This document shows, piece after piece, positions 24,679-43,104 of a stretch of DNA of 64,000 nucleotides. The stretch spans positions 269,845-333,844 of the forward strand of contig NW_015173124.1 in NCBI RefSeq assembly GCF_001447785.1. Reading direction: 5' to 3'. The stretch's first letter is position 1. Every line of letters begins with the position of its first letter. The notes below the pieces were generated by a model. That model did no database searches. It saw only the letters and a program-made list of their open reading frames with translations, and was not told where the DNA came from. Origin of the DNA: Gekko japonicus. Lineage: Eukaryota. A program made the position numbers and the translations under genes.

Positions 24679-27600
24679 TGTATCCCACCCTCCCCACTTT
24701 CGGAGGGCTCAGGGCAGCTAACAACAACTCCAATATATATACTAAAACCAGCATTCCATTAAAATTACAATATGAACTATAAATACACTGCACATAGCTA
24801 TAATACAGATGGCGGCATATAGTCATCATTTGAATGGCCGCTTCCAGGCTCCTGCCAGGCTGTTTATCATCCAGCTGCTGGTGGTATTGATGTTAAGGCC
24901 AGGTTGGTGGTAGTGTTGATATTAGGGCCAGGGCCATGATGTCAAGGCGGCCCCCTACTTGAAAGCCTGGCGGAAGAACTCCGTTTTACAGGCCCTGCGA
25001 AACTGCAGAAGGTCCTGCAGGGCCTAACCTGCTGGGGTGGGGGGAGGGATAAGATCAAGGAGAGGGAGTAGATCAAACTCCCCAGGACAGGATTCAAAAC
25101 TTCTATCCACTATTTGTTTCTGATCCATCTACTTTTACCCTGCCATTCCTCTAAGGAACTCATGTTTTTTCTGTCCCCATTTTATCCTCACAGACACCTG
25201 TGAGGCAGTCGAAACAGAGAGAGTATCTGAAGCAAAGTCACCCAGCAAGCTTCATAGAAGAATGGAGATCTAAACGAGATTTAGTCAGACAGTCTAACCA
25301 CTACATCACCCAGCAGTCAGTGACATCATAGGGTCAATTCACATGCTATGAAGTCTTCGCATCCCTTATGCAGCTGCCTGACAGGTGCCATCCATGCTTC
25401 AAACTTAATTCCCACGTGTGTGCAGGTCTGATTCATATTGACACCACTGTGTGTGGGGAAAGGGGTTTAAGCCCTCCCTCCCACCATTTTGCAACCTGAA
25501 ACATTCCAGGGGAATTACGGTTTTCCATATTGGGGAAATATATTCCTAACCATCAGCTCACAAAAGTTTCCCCAGGAAGGCAAATAGTGGCTCCCCTGGG
25601 CAATTTCCTGTGGAGGAAATCTTAAGCCCTGTTTCCCGTGTTCCTAATTAGAATTGGGCCCATGCACACCTGGGAACTAAGTTCCAAGTACAACTTGGAC
25701 TGACAAAACCTGTGAAAGAGGCAAGGACTTGGTAATGTGTTCATGGCTTAATTTATAATGTTTCCCTTACCTTCTTCAAATTTATCTACTACAGTCAAGG
25801 CAAGGTTACTTTAGGAGTGAGGGGAAAAGACTGAAACTGGACAAAAGAACACTTCCCATCTATTTACCTGTCACATTTTTACCTTACCCTTCCTCCACAG
25901 AGGTATAGGTAGTGTGCATAGATTTCTCCTCTTCTATTTTCACAGCCATCCTATGAGATAGGTTAGGCTAAAAGTGTGTGACTGGAACAAGATCACTCAG
26001 TGAACTACATGGCTAAGAGGAGATTTGAACCTGAGCCTCCCCAGCTACACTGCACTATTCAAACAAGATATTTTTACAAAATTAATGCACAAAAATTGTA
26101 AAATGGACAGGCTTCTTTCACTATTGACTTGTGATCTAAGGATAATATCTGACCAGAGCACTTACAATGTCTCAGGAAAGCTTTATTCCCAAATACTGGT
26201 TCGCTACACGAACACCAAGCACTTCGTTCCATGAGGAACTCTGACTTACCTTGCAGTCAATAGAGTCCTTTATGCTGATGGGAACCCCAAAGAGCAAACC
26301 CTTCTTCCCCTGGCTCTTCATATGCAGAAGCTGGGATTCACTGTCATCCAGATAATCAGTCACACAGTTGAGCTCTCTAGTTACATCCAGGGCCTATAAA
26401 ACCCGGAAAAGGCGAAATTAAGTTCAGAGACATAATTCCCACCACCATGACACATACACAGAGAGTGAGGTTTGTCGTTGCTAAAGCAAACACTTTGCAC
26501 CCCCAAATAACCTTTGGACTACTCCAAATCATAAATCCCAAGATTCTGAAGACTGGCCTAGAGGGGTGCCCACTCCAAAGTTTGTAAGGTGTGCTTTGCT
26601 ATCAACTGAAGAATGAGGCATCTGCTTGAAGGAAACGGTCTTCAGAGTTTGGGGTGTGTGATTTGGGCATATCCAGACCCTTATTTTGGAATGCAGACCT
26701 GTTTAAATATCATTTATATTTGTAGTTGGATTGGAGAACAAGGAACCATGAACTGCACCCATGGAACTGGGAACCATTTATTTATTTATCGTATTCCATT
26801 TATATTCCACCCTCCCTGCAAGGGGGCTCAGGGTGAATCACAGTAGGATTCTAAAACACACACCATCTGCAGCTTATCATTATAACTCAGACCGATTTCC
26901 CACAAGCTGCTGCTCCGTGCTCGCTCTTCCCTTTGCCCCATCGTACGTGTCAATTTAACACCATGTGCTGCGTGGCCGCATTTTGCCCCACAGCTTCACC
27001 CCATTTCCCCCGCGTCTACTCAATCCTGTTTTTTGAGGATCGAGTAAACGTGGGAGAAATCGGGCAAAGCTGCAGGGCAAAATGTGGCACATGGTGTGAG
27101 CACGGAGCAGCAGCTTGTGGGAAATCGGTCTCAGATTTACTGACAAAGAAACCATTTCTCACCTTGTCCATGTAGGTGTAGAAGACACTCTCGGGTGAGA
27201 GAGAGCCATCCCTGAGCTTCCCAAGCAGTTGAGGCAGGGTGAAAGATAGTATTGATGACGGTTGGTGGCCTGGATTCTGAACAAGAAATTCAATTGATAA
27301 TGGTTTACATAATGCTGCTCCCACAACCTACGCCCACAAAAGTAAATGCACATGTTTCAACAGTGCAAGAAGAAAACACCGCAGAACCTGATCTCCTCAT
27401 GCAAATTGATGTGATTCAATGGAGAGAGCACTTGCTCCAGGTCTGAATCACACTTGCGTTGTAGAACATGTAATTTAAATGAGGTAAATCTGACACTCAG
27501 ATACTGCATTCATTTTTTATTATTCATATGGACACAACAGCAACAAGAGAAGGGCTGAAAAATACTTTAAGTGGCACATGTGAGTTTGGCCTTTGACCTG

Positions 27601-30600
27601 GAAGACCCTCAGATCCTTGCTTGGTAATGAGTTTATCAGGTGGTCCTTTGCAACTGTCACCCTCAGTTCTTCACCTGTAAAATGGCAATAGGAGAAATTT
27701 GCTTTGCAAGGATTACTAGGTGGTCAAAATGAGATGAGAGTCACTCAATACTTCACATACCGATAATTATCTATCTGGATAACAGATTCTCCAAGGTACC
27801 TGTTTCACCCTGCAATAGAACTCTTCTACTTTTTGTATATTACTGACCTTCTGAAAAGTGTCCTTATCCAGTGCCTCAAACAACTGTAACTGCAAACAAA
27901 CCACATTCAGCACTGTGATATGCATTAGCCCTGAGATCTTTTGTGCAGACATCAAGGCTTGCATTCATATCAGCTCCAGTACTCTATCCAAAAGTGAAGA
28001 ATGGTTTATCCAAGCCAATCCACAATATTGGCCCTAAAATTTTATTATTTCTTGCTTTTGTAAAAATATTTACATCATGCCATTCCTCATGGTTCAGTCA
28101 AGCGCATCAACATTCTTTAAGGTTTAGGGGCACAGGTTGTTAAATGACATGGGAGGGGAACTACATTTCCCATAAGGCTATGCAAAAATATGCATGTGCC
28201 AAACAAGCTTAATAACACAGACCAACACAAAATGTTAAATCTTTTAGAAAGTGTTTATTTACCATTGTTGGCTGAATGACTTTGCCAGTACTTATACAAT
28301 TAGTTGCTGAGAGGCATGTAGTGACACCCATTGGTGGGGAGGAGGGGAAGCAGAATTCTCAAGCTGCACGCATGTAATTACATGGTTCTGTCCTGCTCGA
28401 ATACACAAGAAGTAATCTGACAAACAGACACACTGATTGATGACAAATCAGCACCCTGGTTCTTCATGCTGAACAAAATGTGAGCCAAAGTGGGAGCTTG
28501 AGCTTCCTCGGCTAAGATACCTAATAAAGCGCTGCTCTTACCAAACTGACGGGTAAGGTCAAACTTTAATAGAGGCATGGCTGCAGCTGCAACCCTTATA
28601 ATTTCCAGAGTTAAATTTCCTGCACTCAGGTCCCTGCCACACGGCAGGGAAAAGGACGCTCAAACTGCGGCTAGTGTGAGCCACAGCAAAGTTGAGACGG
28701 CGCGGCGGGATCTCACGGATCCCCCGAGCTGCGGCGCCGTCACTCCCTGGCACGATCAGATGCCGGGGAGAAAGTGACGGTGGGGAGGGGAGCCTGGCAA
28801 ACTGCGCATGCTCACACATGCGCAGTTCGGCCAGGAGCCGGGGATGCGCCGGCGCAAGGACGCACCGGCGATCCCATGGTCAGCGTTGCTGCGGCCCTTC
28901 GGAAAAAACACCTCGGTAGGTGGTTCTTTTTTGGTGCGGAGCAGCGCTGGAAGGGCTGGATCAGGGACGGAGACGGTACGCTTCCCAGATGTTGCAGTGG
29001 GATCGCGCCCGTTTGCTCCACCCCCGTTCCATCCTGCTCCCGGCCCAAAAGGCCTCGTATGGACAGGACCTCAGTTGGGCAACTTTGATATTGGTGAAAC
29101 AGACACTCCTTAATGCAAAAGTGTTAATTACCCAGCCAGTTAAGCAGCTGCCAACTGTGTGCAAAGAGAACAGAGACTAAATAGAAGTGCCAAACTGATT
29201 TTTTTTTAATGTGGAAAACTACCAGGAAGCAAATTTTCTTGCACTATAGTATCTATCTCAGTCTGCTCTCAATTAATCTACACCCCCCAATAAGGGTGGG
29301 TCTTTCTTACCACTCTAAGAACAAGTTGACCCCCACAAAAAATAGTGAGTAAATCTTTTCCCATTGTACCTCCATGAAATGCCTAGCTTCACTTGCAAAG
29401 TTAATGTACAGTGGTAGGTGCGGGGGGTGGGGGAGTGGCAGCCTTTCATAGATTCCCTGCCCCAAACAGGGCTCCTGCAACTTGCAAAGGAAGCAGAAAT
29501 CCAACAGAAACAACTTCCTCTATGCAGCTGTTTAGAGGGCAGAAAGACATGCCAGAGGCACACTACTTCTGCCATTATTACTTTGGAACCTTAACTACAT
29601 GTTCCAGAGAAGTAGCAAACTGTATTAAATCCAGCAAAAACAAAAAGGAGTCTTGTGGCACCTCACAGATGCAGAGATTTTATTGCAGCATAAGCTTTTT
29701 GCAAAGACCCACTCGAGTCCCCGCAAAACTTTATGCCACAATAAATCTGTTAATCTTTAAGGCGCCACAGGACTTTTGTTTAATTGTGCCCCAACAAACT
29801 AATGCTCCAGAGAGAAAGGAGGGCTTGGTGTTTCCTTGTGTGCAGAATATGTAGTCTTTGCACTGTAGCAAGTGTTGAATATATGCTCCATCATTTAGCA
29901 TACCATTTACCATGCAAGAGTAATCTTTACACACTGGAAAGGGAGAAACTACTGCAGAGATGGATCTAACATTCTAACCTGTTCAAAGTGTCTATATAGA
30001 TAGGATTTCACATCAGTTGTATGAAAGTCCAACATAGCGATCACGCAGTTGTTTTAACTTGCTGATATGGTGTAAGCAAAAACAATTTGCTGGAAAGCCA
30101 GATTGTGTATAAGGAATACTCCAGTACTAACCTACTGATTACAGAATAACTTTCTCTCTTTACTGTCACTAAACCCAGGAGATTGGGACAGGGTAAAAGC
30201 GGGAACAGCCCAGAATGGGATGGAACAGGCATTAAACAAACAATAGTACTGCAAAAAACACTGAGATGTATTACAGACACTCGAGAAGTGAAAACATGGA
30301 ACTCTTGCACCTTTCCAGGACAAAATGCCCCTGGAATACCCCAGAACAAGCCGGAATGGGCATTAAACAAATAATAGTACCTCAAAAGACAGTGGGATGC
30401 ATTACAGACACTCGAGAATAATATTTTAGAAATAAACATGCAGAACTCTTGCACCTTTATTAACCGTTTCCAGGCCAAAATGCCTCCAGAACACCTGAGA
30501 ACAGGCCGAAACGGGCATTAAACAAACAGTAATGCCAAAAAAATGGGATGCATTACAGACACTCGAGAATAATATTTTAGAAATGAAAACACAGAACTCT

Positions 30601-31599
30601 TACATCCTTATTAAACCGGCCAAAATGCTTCCAGAACACCCCGGAACAAGCATTAAACAAACAATAGTACCGCCAAAAAATTGGGATGCATTACAGACAC
30701 TCAAGAACAATATTTTAGAAGTGAAAACATGGAACTCTCACATCTTTATTAACCCTTTCCAGGCCGAAATACCTTGGCGTTTTCACTTCTAAAATATTGT
30801 TCTCGAGTGTCTGTAATGCATCCCAGTGTTTTTTTGCGGTACTATTGTTTGTTTAATGCCCATTCCGCCTGTTCTGTGCTGTTCCAGCTTTTACCCTGTC
30901 CAAGGGATTTCAGTAGTAATGAGAATGCTTCTTTAAAATTCCCTAACAGCTTTTTAACAGGGGGTTTTAATATAATCCTACATAGTCTCTACAGGGTTGC
31001 CCAAAGAAGGCTGATGTACCTTTGATGCTACAACCTGAAACTGAAGAAAATCCAGCTGAATTTAGTTGGTCATGTGCATAAGCCAATGTGCATATACTGC
31101 ATGGAAGGGAGACTTTCATAAGTTGCTGCCTTTCCCATCAGTGCACGAGGAGGAAGGAGGAAGGCACTCCGGTCGAAATCCTCCTTTCAAAACTTACAAG
31201 AGCCCTCACCAGATTTGGATCCGTCTACTTTCATCACAGAATCTAGATGCATTCGTCCGAGGGCTAAAGGGCTCAGGGGACTCTGATCCACTGAGTATGG
31301 AAAAGAGCAAATGCGTTCGGCTTCCTGCCTTAAGGATGGTCTGGACTCTGGAATTCCTTGTGCGATGATCCTTGACATCTTTAGGCACACACCGGAGACG
31401 AGTACAGCCGTTTCCACCTCCCGCACCTTACCTGCTCCTTGAACTTGCGAGCAGCCTTTTCCATTTTCTCAATTGTGTGCTCCCGCCTCCACTTCGCTTC
31501 TTTCATCTTCCTTTGGACTGTCCTCCTCCTGCGCCAATTCAGCAGCAGGAACGTAGCAGCCCCGCAGCACAAGACAGCGGAGACCAGGCTGACACTCAT
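9934..31599 (-). CDS. FAAH: FAAH/vitamin D3 hydroxylase-associated protein-like amidase, paralogue A; 15 exons, 573 aa
   Basis: Exons: 31599-31432, 27276-27163, 26393-26250, 23923-23790, 22544-22338, 21955-21915, 21178-21054, 19911-19786, 19519-19422, 19023-18924, 16987-16947, 15950-15911, 14487-14379, 10301-10156, 10062-9934 (TGA). Total 1722 nt, no internal stops. Motifs GVPISIKD (catalytic Lys), GGSSGGEGAL, GTDVAGSIRIP (nucleophile Ser), GPMARDV, GLPVAVQCVA. All introns are GT-AG except intron 9 (GA-AG). Orthology to FAAH versus a VDHAP-like paralogue is unresolved. Confidence 0.93.
10574..10730 (-). mobile_element. CR1 LINE 3'-end fragment
   Basis: AAGAACATAAGA tail plus a 3'UTR nearly identical to 54345-54505. 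Confidence 0.75.
12560..14330 (+). mobile_element. Degenerate, 5'-truncated L2/CR1-clade LINE in FAAH-like intron 13
   Basis: Frameshifted RT remnants (LDLSAVFD, LSPMLFNIYMKPL, WMRANKLKLNPDKTEVL, RLDYC, QNAAARLL) followed by an AT-rich 3'UTR. Confidence 0.82.
15010..15300 (-). mobile_element. Possible degenerate solo LTR in FAAH-like intron 12
   Basis: On the minus strand: three CCAAT boxes, then TATAAAA (about 15165-15171), then an AATAA-like signal. TG/CA-compatible ends, but no TSD found. Confidence 0.3.
22568..22920 (-). mobile_element. L2-type LINE 3'-end fragment with (TAA)n tail
   Basis: ATT-repeat tail plus ATCCCACCCTCCCC..GGCTCAGGGCGGCTTACA. Homologous to 24648-25025. Confidence 0.6.
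23179..23384 (+). mobile_element. hAT-type MITE, copy 2
   Basis: TIRs CAGTGTTCCCTCTAAGCTG / CAGCTTAGAGGGAGTATTG. 8-bp TSD CCTGGAAC / CCTGGAAT. Confidence 0.85.
23970..24194. mobile_element. PIF/Harbinger-like palindromic MITE, copy 1
   Basis: TIRs GACCGATATCCCACAAGC / GCTTGTGGGAAATCGGCC. 3-bp TSD TTA (23967-23969, 24195-24197). Confidence 0.8.
24648..25025 (-). mobile_element. L2-type LINE 3'-end fragment with (TAA)n microsatellite tail
   Basis: About ten TAT repeats at 24648-24678, then sequence homologous to 22600-22920. Confidence 0.6.
26890..27130. mobile_element. PIF/Harbinger-like palindromic MITE, copy 2
   Basis: Perfect TIRs GACCGATTTCCCACAAGCTGCTGCTCCGTGCTC. 3-bp TSD TCA (26887-26889, 27131-27133). 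Confidence 0.82.
28640..29060. promoter_or_regulatory. Intronic CpG island with paired NRF1-type motifs
   Basis: CpG-dense, GC-rich stretch. ACTGCGCATGCTCACACATGCGCAGT at 28801-28826; TGACG half-sites near 28737 and 28775. Confidence 0.55.
30165..30918. mobile_element. Foldback-like element with inverted ends and internal 130-150 bp tandem units
   Basis: Ends TTGGGACAGGGTAAAAGC (30183) / GCTTTTACCCTGTCCCAA (30903). Four direct units (GCATTAAACAAACAATAGTAC...ATTACAGACACTCGAG) plus one inverted unit at 30776-30860. Confidence 0.7.
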
Positions 31600-31790
31600 T
31601 CCGACGTCGTCCCCTGCCTTCTCCAGCCGACGCCGCAAACGGACTAGCTTTCGACCTAAAAGCCTGCCTGCGCTGCGTCGTTACCCAGCGGTCGATGAAC
31701 CGCCCCTCGAAAATCCGGCTTGGATTTCTACACACGGATCTTCAACACATTTGCGCGCCGGAAGTTGAGAAATTGTGGCCGCTCGCTCTT
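31600..31790 (-). promoter_or_regulatory. CpG-island promoter / 5'UTR of FAAH-like paralogue A
   Basis: CpG-rich. GC box CCGCCCC near 31700 and ETS motif CCGGAAGT at 31759-31766, upstream of the ATG at 31599. Confidence 0.55.
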
Positions 31791-31936
31791 CTCTTTTGCC
31801 CCAATGGTTGTTGTCAATTTCACACAAGCCCCATTTTGCTCCCCCGCGTCTACACAGTCCTCTAAAAACAGCAGCTTGTGTGAAATTGACAGGTACCATC
31901 GGGGCAAAAGGGAAGAGCGCTTGTGGGAAATCGGTT
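31780..31936. mobile_element. PIF/Harbinger-like MITE, copy 3 (left end eroded)
   Basis: Shares GCTCTTC..TTTGCCCC, TGTCAATTTCACACAAGC and the right TIR GCTTGTGGGAAATCGG with copies 1 and 2. Confidence 0.72.
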
Positions 31937-32473
31937 GTGTCTCTGCTGTGACTGAAGAACTTTGATCGAATCCTGAAAACTTCACCTGCAAAGATTGCCC
32001 GCTTTACAGAAGTTATTCCAAGCGCTGTGGCTTTCTGGCTGTAAAATCATCAGATTTACTAGCCAGAAGTTTAAATACAACAATGTGTGTAATATGACAA
32101 TATACATGAAGGGAGAGAGCTTCAACTTTTGCAAACTTTTGGGAGGAGAAAAAGAAAGCTCGGGAGACAGGGCCCAGATGTGTGTTAGCAAAAGTACACA
32201 ATATAATGGGCTGAGTATCCGGTTTTTTAACATAGGTCTTGTTTACAAAAATAAGGCATAGGTATAAATATGACATGAAAGCACAGATCCTACTTTCTTT
32301 CAGAACACTTACAAAACATGTTAATATTAAGGATGGATCCCTGACTCATAACTATTTTTCCAACTTTTGGAGCATATTTATACTTCAACTGCCAGACACC
32401 CTGGCTGTTAATAACTTTAACAATTAACTCTTTTGAAACAGGGTTGATACACTGTCACTGTCCTGCCCTTAAG

Positions 32474-32572
32474 TTCCACATTTTTTATCCTCACCAGGAC
32501 CTCGTGAGGTAGGCTAGCCCAAGGCCAACTAGCCTACCTCACAAGGTCCTGGTGAGGATAAAAAGTGTGGAA
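32474..32572. repeat. Near-perfect 44-bp inverted repeat
   Basis: Arms 32474-32517 and 32529-32572; 2 mismatches; 11-nt loop. Confidence 0.85.
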
Positions 32573-33183
32573 GGGACCCTATACACCACTCCTTTCCCCA
32601 AAGGCAGGATAAAAACAGGATGCCAAAATGCACTAGAACATCATTTATGGATTACTGCATAGCTTAGATTCCGGATTCTCATACACGTAAAACAACTTGA
32701 CACCAAGAGGCTTATGTGAAGTCCTAGTTTTGTAGGATTTAATATCTAAACCACCAAGTCAACTATGATGACCTAGTCCCATTCCCTCACTCAGACATAG
32801 GATTCCCCCCTTTTTTTCCCTTCCTTTCTGAGCAGTCCCTTTATCTATTTTCTTTTCCTGAACTTGAGGGAAAAGACAAGATCACCCTCTTTAGCTTAAA
32901 CTTCTGAAATGGCACACACGAGAGGCTTTAGAACATTCAAAAATAAACAAGATATTTTATTCAATGTAGAAGTTGAGAAATGGAGGTCTTCACTGACCCT
33001 TCCACTCCTCTTTGCTAATCTTCCCAGTCCTCTGTCAGTGATAAACTGAATTCTCTTCAGCAGTCAGTTCCCAAGTCTTTCTACTCAGCTGACACTAACC
33101 AATCAAATCCCTTTGAGCAGCCTGTCACTCAAGGCTCTCTGGTTCTGTGAGGCATTAACAGTCCTTCACGTTTACACAGCACT

Positions 33184-33362
33184 TGTTGTTGTTCAGTCGC
33201 ACAGTCAAGTCCGACTTTTCGCGACTCCATGGACCAGATCACACCAGGCTTCCGCCGTCCTCTAAAGTTGGCTCAATTTTATGTTTGTTGCATCTATAAC
33301 ACTGTCTAACCATCTCATCCTTTGCCGTCCCCGTCTTCTTTGACCTTCAATCTTTCCCAGAT
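33184..33362 (-). mobile_element. BovB/RTE LINE 3'-end fragment
   Basis: (CAA)n tail and GATGAGATGGTTAGA core. Homologous to 48785-48953. Confidence 0.7.
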
Positions 33363-33489
33363 TATACAGCACTTATGAGCCTTTAAAGCGCAGTCTGCCA
33401 CACCAATCAAATCCTAAACAATGTTTGGGTTTTTTTAATCTGTAGGGCAGATCTAAAACTCCATTTGGTTGGATGGATCTAAGGAGGTA

Positions 33490-33820
33490 GTGAGCTGCGG
33501 TGGCTCAGAGGTTAAGACACTGAGCTGCAGACTGGAAGGTCTGTAGTTTGGCAGTTCAAGACCTGAGTACTGCATGACGGAGTGAGCTCCCATCTCTGGC
33601 CCCAGCTCCTGCCAATCTAGCAGTTCAAAAGCAAGAAATTGCAAGTACTGCTTCGGTGGGAAGTTAACAGCATTCCGTGTGCCTTGGCATTTAGTCATGC
33701 CAGCCACATGACCACGGAAAATGTCTTCAGACAGCGCTGGCTCTTTGGCTTGGAAACAGATATGAGCACCGCCCCCTAGAGTCGGATTCGACTGGCTTTC
33801 AAGCAAGGGAAACCTTTACT
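33490..33820 (+). mobile_element. Sauria-type SINE
   Basis: tRNA-like head GCTGCGGTGGCTCAGAGGTTAAG..GTTCAAGACC, typical body, ACCTTTAC tail. Confidence 0.8.
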
Positions 33821-34269
33821 AAGGAGGTAGAGTCCCAATGCAGTAACTGTTATTTCTGCTATACAACTGAACTGGTTATTTTCCACTGTAAAGGATTTCA
33901 GTATGCAGACAGACACACATCACTTGCATCCATATACAGTAACAGCTAGTGGTAGTTTTCAGCTGAATACTGGAATTTCAGGTTATGTGCAATGCTGGTC
34001 TATTTCTGTTACCAACTCTGAAAGTTTTCCCATGCCCCTTCCTACCCTCTATTCAGTTACCTTCCATCTAGAACATATTAACCAATACGGAAACTTACTG
34101 TTGTATCCGATGTAAAGTTCTTTCCACTCAATGAATTACCTTGATTTGGTCAGGGCCTCTTGAGCTGTGGCCCTTAAGAACTAGCTACCCTCTCAGATTT
34201 GACTGTACAGGCCACATGCTGACAATAAAAACATTTTTCTTAAACTGGCTTTTAAAGTGTAGCATTAAT

Positions 34270-34400
34270 AGTCTTAATGGGAGGGCTTCTAGTGTCCTGG
34301 CCCCACTGGGGGACCTCCTGATAGCACCTGGTATTTTTGGCCACTGTGTGACAGAATGTTGGGCTGGATAAGCCATTGGCTTTCTCTTACGTTCTTATGT
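34270..34400 (+). mobile_element. CR1 3'-end fragment
   Basis: Reverse complement of the CR1 3'UTR at 54345-54480, ending CTTACGTTCTTATGT. Confidence 0.65.
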
Positions 34401-35261
34401 ACTGTATTGGTTTGAGGACAGATGTCAGCATGGACCATGTACATACAGCCTGCCAAGTGCACCCTATACCTATATTAGATATCTTGCAAAAAAATGGATC
34501 AAGCTTTCATGTACACCAGAATTTTCATTTGAGGTAAACAAGACACTGGAATGGCAAAACTGCTGGAAATCCCAAGTCTGCAAATTTTAACAAGAGGGAG
34601 AACATCTTTTTCCAACAGTTCTGCCAGCACCTCAGTTATTGTTTTATACCCTGCACAGACTAACACAACTGTCTGTATCACACCATCTCTGCTTCAACTT
34701 AATACTGTTAGGAATCAGTTGATTTTACAGCATGCCGAACAACATGTTTTTCTTCTCCTAACTCCCCCCCCCCACTTTTTGGTTTAATATCTGATCTAAA
34801 GGACAGCTTAATCCAAGAATATGAGGGAAAACACAAAAACAGTTCATATTTTTGTTTCCATGTTTTATTCAGCAGTTCTTGGTTACCACACTCTACTTGG
34901 GAAATATGAGAGGTAACTGACCAAAACCTTTGCCATGCAGGTGATCCACATGACAGAAGCAATGTTTAAATACCTCTAATGGGTATAGTGCAGCATTCAC
35001 AGGTATGTGATTTAGATGGATGCTCCAGGCACAGGCACATAAATGTTGTTCCCCACTCACATGGACTGCCTATGAAGGGAAAAGGTTTTTAGCAACAATT
35101 ACGGGCTGTGAGTTACATGTAAAGCCCAAGGTGCAGTCATTCAAGAAGAACATTTGTGCTGTCTTGTAAATTCAATTGCCGCCACCCCATAATATCACCA
35201 AGATGTCAGATGCAAAGCTGGGTACCCATTCTCCCTCTTTCTACAGCATACTCTGTCTCTT

Positions 35262-42640
<7,379 letters not shown>

Positions 42641-42800
42641 CGCCTACTCCAACGCCGGCCCCGGTGCACACTCCTCCCTTCCTCCTGCGCCGAGACACGC
42701 CGGCGAATCGTTCATAGGAAGGAGGATCCGTCCCTTGTTCGACCTGGAACTGGCGTCGCCCGGAAGTTTCGTTGACATTTCCCCGCCCATTTGTATTAAA
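42641..42800 (-). promoter_or_regulatory. NSUN4 CpG-island promoter
   Basis: CpG-rich. ETS/GABP motif CCGGAAGT near 42760 and GC box CCCGCCC near 42782. Confidence 0.6.
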
Positions 42801-43104
42801 GGAGCGGTGGAAAAAGCTGGTGCTACGAAATACTGCAGCCGGTTCTACCTTAAGAGTAGCGCAAGCCACGTGGGGGAAGGAGATGGTGGCAGGCTCGCAT
42901 CTGCTTAGCAACACTGCTGGTACCACCTTATTTGTTCAGGGCTCTGCGCTTTTACAAGTATTTTAAATAGTTTTTCGGTACCACTTTTCAAGAAAGCAAT
43001 CTACAGAGCGGACCATAAAGATTTTCAAGTATAGTACCCAACCGCTTTCAAATAGCAACAACAAAAAAGTTTAAAAAAATTACTGATTAAAAGATAAAAA
43101 AATC

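Noticed and set aside
30228-30775. Regularly spaced repeats resembling CRISPR
   Set aside because: Whole 130-150 bp units repeat, with no unique spacers.
31600-31638. TTG start extending the FAAH-like N-terminus
   Set aside because: An alternative-start call from the ORF finder. The first in-frame ATG is 31599, and an in-frame TAA lies at 31683-31681.
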